A stretch of DNA of 64,000 nt from Eledone cirrhosa. Taxonomy: Eukaryota. Shown here one piece after another: positions 55,161 through 64,000 of this stretch (positions are counted from its first letter, which is position 1; each line of letters opens with the position of its first letter). The notes below the pieces were generated by a model, which saw only the letters and a list, made by a program, of their open reading frames with translations, had not been told where the DNA came from and did not search any database. The stretch covers positions 1-64,000 of the forward strand of contig CAXHJY010001183.1 of assembly GCA_964016885.1 (NCBI GenBank). Reading direction: 5' to 3'. A program made the translations under genes and the position numbers.

Positions 55161-57058
55161 TTTATGCTTTATTTTCTAATATGTGCTTCTTTATGCCAGT
55201 CAAAAAGCCTTAGATTTTCACAGGAGCAATGTGTTTTATGATCTTACCTTTTCCTTCGGTATTTCGTGTGTGTTGGATATCCATCGGTTTCTACGATGAG
55301 TATTCCAGTTGCCCAAACAACAGAACAGCCGGCTTGTGGAATTAACGTGCAAGTGGCTGAGCGTTCCACAGCCACGTGCAGCATTTACATAGTTCTCAGA
55401 CAGTTTATCGAGACTCGGCATGTGTGACAGGGATAGTGCTTTGAACCACAGGTACAATTCATTTTCGTGTGAAAGGATGCAATACTGCCGAGAGTCAAAC
55501 TGAACACCACAAACTACTAATCCACACGAATTAAGAAAGTATAATAGTTGCTTTAATTTTGTCCGACACTACTTTCTCCACTTTCTCTACTGCGCTGCGT
55601 TTATATTTTCTAATGTTAGGATTAACGAACATAAGGCGAATTATCTTAGAGATCATCTGAGGTGTGAATTTGTATAATTAGACTAAAAGAAACTTTCTAC
55701 TACTTCGTCTAATAAATCGATATAGTTAGATGGAAGCAGCATCACAAGCGATACCTCTATCTAAGGAAAAAATGATACTTCATAAAGAACGCTAATTATT
55801 ACAATTTGGCGATAATTGCAGGGTATTTGTTGGTTGTTGAATCAGTTCTCAGAACTTGAAGTGGTAACTGTCTTTTGAAGTCTCGCTAATGTTCATTAAT
55901 GTTGAGAATAGCGACGTTTTTCTAGAAGCACTATAACATGCTTGTCAAAGTTGACAACTTTTAATCGAAATCAATAGGAAGTTACTAAAATATTATTGAT
56001 ACGATTACATTTTCAACTCTAGAATAGTCTCTCAAAGAAATGACCAATCTTGATAAAAAATATTTTTAATTATTTTTCCTACTTGTTTTTGGTGATATAA
56101 AACGTCAGTGAGTTTCCGGAAAGTTCACCGGGATTAAAATGTTTCACTAAATCTTTTTGTTCTCAAAATAAAGTCACATAGTTCGGTCAACAAGGTTGTT
56201 ATCGATCTTAATTCACACAGAAATGTATGAATGTAACCCTAAGTTTGTGTAGTCTTCTTTTTTCGTGAACACACAAAAGGTGTGGTGGTGAAAGGATTGC
56301 TGTGGCTACAGTATGAATGTTCCTTTCTTGACCCTCTTCATAAATCCGATTCTGACACTAGTATTTCCTTTTGTCGACCCCGAAAAAATGAAATGGGAAG
56401 TTAACCTCGCAGGATTTGAACTTAGAAGGCAGAGAGCCAGAACGAATACAGTGAAGCATTCTATCTGCCAATTCGCCGCCTAGTCCTTGTAATAAGTCGT
56501 GTCTTAATACTAGAGAGAAAAACATTTATTATCAAATATATAATATGAATTATAGTATTAATAGTCCTATATCACTGGTGAAAAACAGCTGATTTTCAGA
56601 TCGGACCAAAGAAACAATATTTCTATCCATTCCTACTTGGTCGCAACATCTAGTGGAAGGTTGCAAGATATTAACTACTTTGCTTTCCATACCTTCGGCG
56701 TTATTAAACAAAATATCCGTAAAAGGGCAATATATTAGCGGAATTGGTACACTGTTGGACAGGATGCTTTGTGGTAGGTACCACAATAACCCCAAAGGGA
56801 TGGAAAGCAAAGTAGACCTCTGTGGGATTTGAACTTAGAACACTGTGAGCTGCCGGAATATATTCTGGGGCAATTAAACCGACTCCCTAACGACACAGTC
56901 AATATAAGTTTAAAGATTCAATTTGAGATACTTATTATTTCTTGTCTCGTGAAATATTTCCAAGTAGTTACATGATATATATATATACAAGATTATATCT
57001 ATATATATGTGTGTGTGTGTGTGTATGTGTATGTGTGTGTGTATGTGTGTGTGTGCGC

Positions 57059-57146
<88 letters not shown>

Positions 57147-57227
57147 GGTAAACAAAAATAACAACACAATCGGTACAGTATATGGAAGGGCTATATTAGG
57201 TTAACGCTTGATATAGCAGGAAGAGGG

Positions 57228-57263
57228 TCTTAACGTTTCGGACGCTAGTCCTTCATCAGAAGA
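57228..57263 (-). ncRNA. Minimal hammerhead ribozyme
   Basis: Minus strand: TCTT-CTGATGA-AGGA-CTAGCG-TCC-GAAAC-GTT-AAGA. Confidence 0.8.
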
Positions 57264-58695
57264 AAGAATAGGAAATAAGATCGATTGAGGGGACGGGCGG
57301 GTTGGAATTGGGAAAAATGTCTTTAGATAAAAATAACAGGTCCATTCATGTTGACATCTCTTGCAAAACTGTTGGTGTTGGCGTTTTGTGTATGATTTAA
57401 TTTTTGAAAAGTGGATGATGGAGCGCGTCTACCTGAAATGGAAAAAAAACGTTTTGTAAAAGGAGCTATACTTGTGCACATGCGTAAGCATGTGTGTGTG
57501 TGTTATACGTCCGTATGAAGCTAAGAAGAAATGTGTGTGTCTATGTGAGTAAAATAGTGTGTGTGCATGTAAGTACGAAGCTAGGAGCAAAAGTATGTTA
57601 ATATAAGGGTGTGTATGTGTGTATACAGAGCAGTGAAGGGAAAAGTGGAGTGAGCATATATAGTCAGCCTGTATTAGTTGTAAGAGAAGATGTTAATGAT
57701 CAACAGAAAGGAGTGTGATAATGGACGGGGCATTAGAAAAATTGGGGAGGTGAGTTGAGTCCAAGAGGGGAAGAGGATCCAAGGAGGTGAATCAGACTTT
57801 GTTCCTGATGCGCACGAAACAAGAAGTAATAAGTAAATATATATATATACAATTATATATATATTTATTCAGTTGATGAAAGTTGGTTGATCAAAAATCT
57901 GCCGATTTTCGTAAACAGATGTGAAGCACTCTACGGTTTATATTCCTTATGATTTTCTCCGTAAAGTATCGCCCAGAGTTGTAGTATAATAAATAAGAGA
58001 GACTGTTTTATTCGTGCATCTTTATTTTTATTGTCTAATTCATTATACATATTTCAAAGATGCAAGGTAGTTGTATAATAACCAGTCTGCGCGTTTTCTT
58101 CATATATATATATATATATAACGAAGGAAGTGTGGTAAGGAACCAGATGGACCACAACGCACCAGAGTACTCAATACTTAGGGTAGTAGAGTGGGTAATA
58201 GGAAAATCTTTAACCCCGACGGCAGAGCTCAAGCCGTTTCGACGGCTATTTATGAACTGGGACAATTAAACCGATATATAATGTGGGTAATATTAAATAT
58301 TATCCAATTACAAGTATGAGAATAGCTCAATGTAAAATAACAAGTATATTACAGAGCCGAAATACTTTATAAATAACAATCAAAGAGTGTTTAAAACATG
58401 TAATCACTTACGATCGTTTCATATATATATATATATATATACTTCGTTTTAAAATTTGTTTTGCAAGATTTCTTCTCTGAAAACGTGTGTGGAAACAGAT
58501 ATTGTTATACTTTCGAAGGGCCATGCTGCCAAAAAAAGCACACGCACCTGTTGGTTTTCATCACACATTCCGTGACCTCCTCAGTGACTAGATTTTTATT
58601 TTGTGTCCCTCCTTTGTTCTCTCCTACACCATCGCAACACACAAAAACAAGATGGTGTATGACAGAACAAAGGAGGGGCACAAAATAAAAAACTA

Positions 58696-58738
58696 GTCAC
58701 TGAGGAGGTCACGGAATGTGTGACGAAAGAACTTTGAC
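58696..58738 (+). ncRNA. Hammerhead ribozyme inside nested inverted repeats (58505-58860); partial mirror at 58555-58592
   Basis: GTCA-CTGAGGA-G-GTCAC-GGAATGT-GTGAC-GAAA-GAAC-TT-TGAC. Confidence 0.75.
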
Positions 58739-58918
58739 AATATATAAACAACCTTCCTGTTATCGAACGAACCAACCAACCGGAAATTTATAATAAATTG
58801 AAGTGAAAATCTAAAGGTGCGCGTGTTTTTATTGGCAGCATGATTCTCCCAAAGTATAACTATATATAGAGAGAGAGAGAGAGATTACAGTAATCAAAGT
58901 TCAGTTTAAGTCATTTAT

Positions 58919-58967
58919 TTGCTTACAATTGTTTCCTCCAAACCGAGGTTTGGATTCTTCGGAGCAA
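58919..58967 (-). ncRNA. Hammerhead variant with core CCGAAGA
   Basis: Minus strand: TTGCT-CCGAAGA-A-TCCAAACC-TC-GGTTTGGA-G-GAAAC-AATT-GTA-AGCAA, then AATAAA. Confidence 0.7.
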
Positions 58968-59548
58968 CTATTTATAACATACTTGACCTCCTTTTCAACC
59001 CAAGAGACACATAAAACATATGCGCATATTGATCAACAGTGGGGTGACATTCATCAAATGATATAGCATGGCAATTTACATATAAAGGTTACAGGATAAA
59101 AATAAAATAAAATAAAAACAAGAGTGAAAATAAGAGTGAAAATAAAGATAAACATGAAGCGTTGGCAGTCTATGAAGATAAAGCAAGAGGAAAGCTTAGA
59201 GTAGTCAGTGTATGAAACAATCTCCCGTGCAGCATGCACGCGTGTCTTATCTATGCATGATTAGAGTGCGTCAGAATGATATTTGCAGGGTCAGGCAGCT
59301 GAAGCAGGCAGTCGATCTTATTATGCAGGCTGAATTATTAAGTCATTTATTCTCATACATCAGTATGATATACAGTCTCGGATGCGGGGAAACACCAAAA
59401 TATCAAAAACCTTCAACATACTATAAACCTTATTGTATCGTAGGCAAGGCCGTACCACTGTCCTTGCTCACACCACCACTCACATAATCCATGAGACGCA
59501 ATATATATATAGAGAACACGCGTCTATCGTATACTTCGCGGTGGTTCA

Positions 59549-59591
<43 letters not shown>

Positions 59592-59600
<9 letters not shown>

Positions 59601-60470
59601 CGTTTATACAACCAGCACAACCATACTGTACTGTTTGCAGCTGTCCCAGGTTGTTGTCGTTTACCTGATCAGTGACCAATTTCTAGAATCCACCACTTGG
59701 GCCCCAATGCAGCCCTCTCACCAGACACGGAATAGGTGTCCTTGAATCGACCACGCACAGATGTTGGTCGATTCAATACAGCCATGCACCACTGGAGGCT
59801 GCGTCCATCAGCAGCCTACCAGTGTGGCTCACCAAAGCATACTACTGAGCACATACTGAGTGAATGCCAGGATCGCCGCTCACTTGAAAGTGTTGACCTC
59901 ACATACACTAATTCCACTAACGGGAGCTGGTTGCAGCACCTGAGGGATGTCACATGATTGCCGTCGCATACGAAAGAAGAAAAGTACAACCATTTACGTT
60001 TATCGTGAAAATATTCATTCTAAAAATAACTTAGTAATTTCCATGGAATAACTACTTTGTTTAACAATTTGATGGCCTCTCGCTAACGAAGTAGTTAGCT
60101 ACTATGGATTTCTCAACTTTTGATTTAATTTCAGTTTGAGTATTTATGAAAATGTTTGTGTGTGACTGTGTATCTATGTGTATCACTATGGTTGTGTGTG
60201 TATGACTGTGTGATTATGTACATGACTGTGTGTGATTAGGTGTTTGTGTATGATGTTGTGTATTCTTCAGTGTGGCTGTGTGTTTGTGTGTGTAGTTGCA
60301 TGATCATGTGTGTGATTGTATTTTCGTGTGTATGGCTGTGTGTTTGAGTATGTGATTGTATGTTTGCGTGTGCGGGTATGACTCTGTGTGTCTGTGACAA
60401 ATGTAGACGCCACTATCGATACTTTCTTTGTAAAATTAATTTATACTCTACATATACATACTGTACACAC

Positions 60471-60513
<43 letters not shown>

Positions 60514-61320
60514 CATACCCGCACACGCAAACATACAATCACATACTCAAACACACAGCCATACACACGAAAATACAATCACACACATGATCATGCAACT
60601 ACACACACAAACACACAGCCACACTGAAGAATACACAACATCAAGAATACACAACATCATACACAAACACCTAATCACACACAGTCATGTACATAATCAC
60701 ACAGTCATACACACACAACCATAGTGATACACATAGATACACAGTCACACACAAACATTTTCATAAATACTCAAACTGAATTTAAATCAAAAGTTGAGAA
60801 ATCCATAGTAGCTAACTACTTCGTTAGCGAGAGGCCATCAAATTGTTAAACAAAGTAGTTATTCCATGGAAATTACTAAGTCATTTTTAGAATGAATATT
60901 TTCACGATAAACGTAAATGGTTGTACTTTTCTTCTTTCGTATGCGACGGCAATCATGTGACATCCCTCAGGTGCTGCAACCAGCTCCCGTTAGTGGAATT
61001 AGTGTATGTGAGGTCAACACTTTCAAGTGAGCGGCGATCCTGGCATTCACTCAGTATGTGCTCAGTAGTATGCTTTGGTGAGCCACACTGGTAGGCTGCT
61101 GATGGACGCAGCCTCCAGTGGTGCATGGCTGTATTGAATCGACCAACATCTGTGCGTAGTCGATTCAAGGACACCTATTCCGTGTCTGGTGAGAGGGCTG
61201 CATTGGGGCCCAAGTGCTGGATTCTAGAAATTGGTCACTGATCAGGTAAACGACAACAACCTGGGACAGCTGCAAACAGTACAGTATGGTTGTGCTGGTT
61301 GTATAAACGTTATATATATA
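59592..61320. repeat. Large near-perfect inverted repeat, arms about 800 bp (59592-60391 and 60502-61320)
   Basis: By eye the arms differ by about 4 substitutions and one short duplication at 60628-60659; 110-bp spacer; TA tracts outside. Confidence 0.95.
59600..59983 (+). mobile_element. LINE 3' fragment, Ingi/Vingi-like zinc-finger tail; mirror copy at about 60927-61310
   Basis: SLNRLRTDVGRF...MHHW.L.PS...(C)QCGSP..T.EHIL..C, then a catacgaaagaagaa tail; clade assigned from recall. Confidence 0.65.
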
Positions 61321-62378
61321 CTGAGACCCGTTTCAGTAAACGTGTCTGTCGAATGCTCATCTACCTACACGTTAATTTCACGAGTAAGCTGTTCTGTTAT
61401 TCGACCAACTGGAACACTCATCATCAGTGACAGAGGTCCAATACACTGATTTTTTATTGAAACTATTTTGTTTCAAATTCTTTAAAAATGCATAAATCCC
61501 TAACGCAGAGAATAACTGTAAACACCGTCAATTGCAATAAATAAAAGCTTAGAAAATCAGATTAAATACTCTTATAAACGGGAAAAGTGGTCAGCTGCCG
61601 CTACGGAGAATCGAACTACGTATCTCGCAAATACCGGCTGTTTAGTCTTTAGGAAGACATGAAGATCTAGACTTCCTGTTATCTTCCTCTTTTGAAATCA
61701 TTCAGCCTTTGTTTCAATTCAAAACATGTATAAATTTTAATGAACAACATAACACATCCCTTGTCAATCATAGAATTCAATTGCTTTGGTTTTTTTCTAA
61801 CGATTGGTTAAATTGTTTGTAAGATTATCTTCTATTGTTGGTCAAACAATTATATTTCAACTTCATATTGTGTTTTTGTTTTTGTTTTTCATAATGCAGG
61901 ATATTATTTAATAAAAATTGTATTTTTCAAAAGCAGAAATAATTATAATCTCGCATACAATCCTCATCCTTTAAAATAACAATTAATTTTTACAAATATT
62001 GTACTTTAATGAAATATGAAGAACGAAAGAAAATATGAAGATAACTTTGCGACATGTCTTTAATTGTTAATTATACTGATGGTTTTAGACGATTTAGATC
62101 AGTTGCTCTCACCGGAACTTCGTATTAACATGGGCAAGCTTTTCAAACCTCAATTATATAGTTCAATGGTTCTCACAGCCCCAGGTCATATCCCTACCCT
62201 TGCAGTTCCAGATTTCTTAAACTCCTTCCCGATTTAGTCATTTTTCAGCCGAACATCATATTAACACGAGCAAGCTTTTCAAACCTCAATAATTGTATAG
62301 TCCAATCGACTAAATCTGAAGCTATAGTTGCGAGCTATTAATTTCTGGTCGCACACGCACACACATGCGCATATACAG

Positions 62379-62465
<87 letters not shown>

Positions 62466-64000
62466 TAATACACATAAACACAATACGGCTGTTTGTAGCA
62501 GTGACTATACTCATGCTGCCTATTTAAAACTAAATCGTTGGGACCAGTGAAAGCTAGTTATTGGGCAAAAGGCATCACTATCAGCCTTAGCATTTCACTT
62601 GGTCGTCTGATATGTTATTGATTAGATTGATGTAACAATTACCAAAACTGATACGGTTACTGTCATGTATTAAAACAAAAAGAAAGCATCACTATTCAGT
62701 TCGCTGATAATCAACCCTAGAATTTTTCGTGGTTGTCTAACGGCTTGCTGATTAGATTCACATTTAACAGCACTGATACAATTGCTAAACATTGTTCAAA
62801 GAGAGTTTATTTTTATTGGTGTTTAAGGTCTTGGATTGGCAGAATCATGAGAATGTCAGACAAAATGCCTCACAGTATTTAGTTGCGATGATTTCAGTTC
62901 TGAGTTCAAATTCCGCGGAAGTCAACTTTGCATTTCATTCTTCCGGGGTCGATAAAATAAAGTATTAGTCAAGCAGTGAGATCGATATCATTGACTTGTC
63001 TTTTCCTTCCTGCCAAAGAAAATAATTTGCTGGCCTTGTGCTTAAATCATTCTTATCAATATTTCATTTTTAATATTTTCTGGGAATATTTCTGGCAATG
63101 CTTTCCTGATCATTGAAATTAACGAAATATTTTGTTTCAGCTTTCTTTAGCTAAAAAAAGATATCGAGTTTCAATTTTGTTCTTTAAATTATGATAATCT
63201 CAGTTTTCTGTAACACCATTTATAGTCCTTCGATTTCTTCAATCACGTAAAACAAAAACAAAAAAGGCAAATTTATCTCAAAGGATAATAAACCTGATCG
63301 AAGACAAGCAGCAGGAGCTATTAAGAAGCTAATCGATAAAGATCAAACAAAATCATTTAGATACAAACAGTTAGACTGAACTAAATTTAGTTCATGTTTT
63401 AGTATGTTTTTATTAAATGTTAAAGAAAAAACACGTTATTTGGGTTCAGTTTGAATTATTGATTTTCTTCGATATTTTTTAATCTAAATCAAAAATTAAT
63501 TCAATGTTAATTAAATTGAGATTTCTAATGAAATCTTTTAAGTACAGTTTTTTTAATTGCATTCTTTAATTTCATTTATTTCATTTCGGTATTGTTTAAG
63601 TTGAATCAAAACTTCTTACTTTCATACAGTACATAAGAATTAATTCAATACAATAGTAATTGGATATTGTGTGGTAACATTTTATATTTGATGGTAACCA
63701 AATGATATAAAGTAAGAATTAAGATATTAACGAATCCAAACTTCGACAAGGTTGTATAACTCTTAGTTAAAACATGTTACTTCTTTTGTACACCTAAAAA
63801 AACTACTGCCGTCACTTACAATAGAGTATGACTTGGAATTGAATTACAGGTACAGTCCATCTTTTATTATAGAGTAAATTATCTCCATGCTTTCCTGATT
63901 TTGTTGGGACCAAAGGCTCTATGTATCTCCCCTGTTTTTGTGGGATCAAAAGATCTATAAACTTAGAAAGGAGGTTTTAGCAATGAAAGAAAAAGAAAAT

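Overview
AT-rich eukaryotic DNA made almost entirely of repeats, with no recognisable host gene. The long (TA)n/(CA)n/(GA)n microsatellites and the tRNA-headed SINEs look like an octopus or other cephalopod genome, but that is an inference. Retroelement and transposon remnants include RTE, RTEX-like, Tx1, R4/Dong and Ingi/Vingi-like LINEs, a maT/mariner transposase and at least three lineages of Penelope-like elements (PLEs; RT and GIY-YIG). The main signal is a dense set of self-cleaving RNA motifs. I count about 20-24 hammerhead ribozyme (HHR) cores (CTGAnGA...GAAA, most with pairable stems I-III) in more than a dozen unrelated sequence contexts. Most lie in short non-coding cassettes next to (TA)n tracts and are often duplicated as inverted or partial tandem repeats, which suggests a non-autonomous PLE or retrozyme-like system. 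There are also HDV-like ribozyme folds at the 5' ends of an RTE LINE and of a dispersed repeat, a multi-copy ~135-bp structured element that sits in (TA)n tracts, and an unusual number of long foldback palindromes (arms of 30-800 bp). All folds and alignments were done by eye and coordinates are approximate to a few bases.
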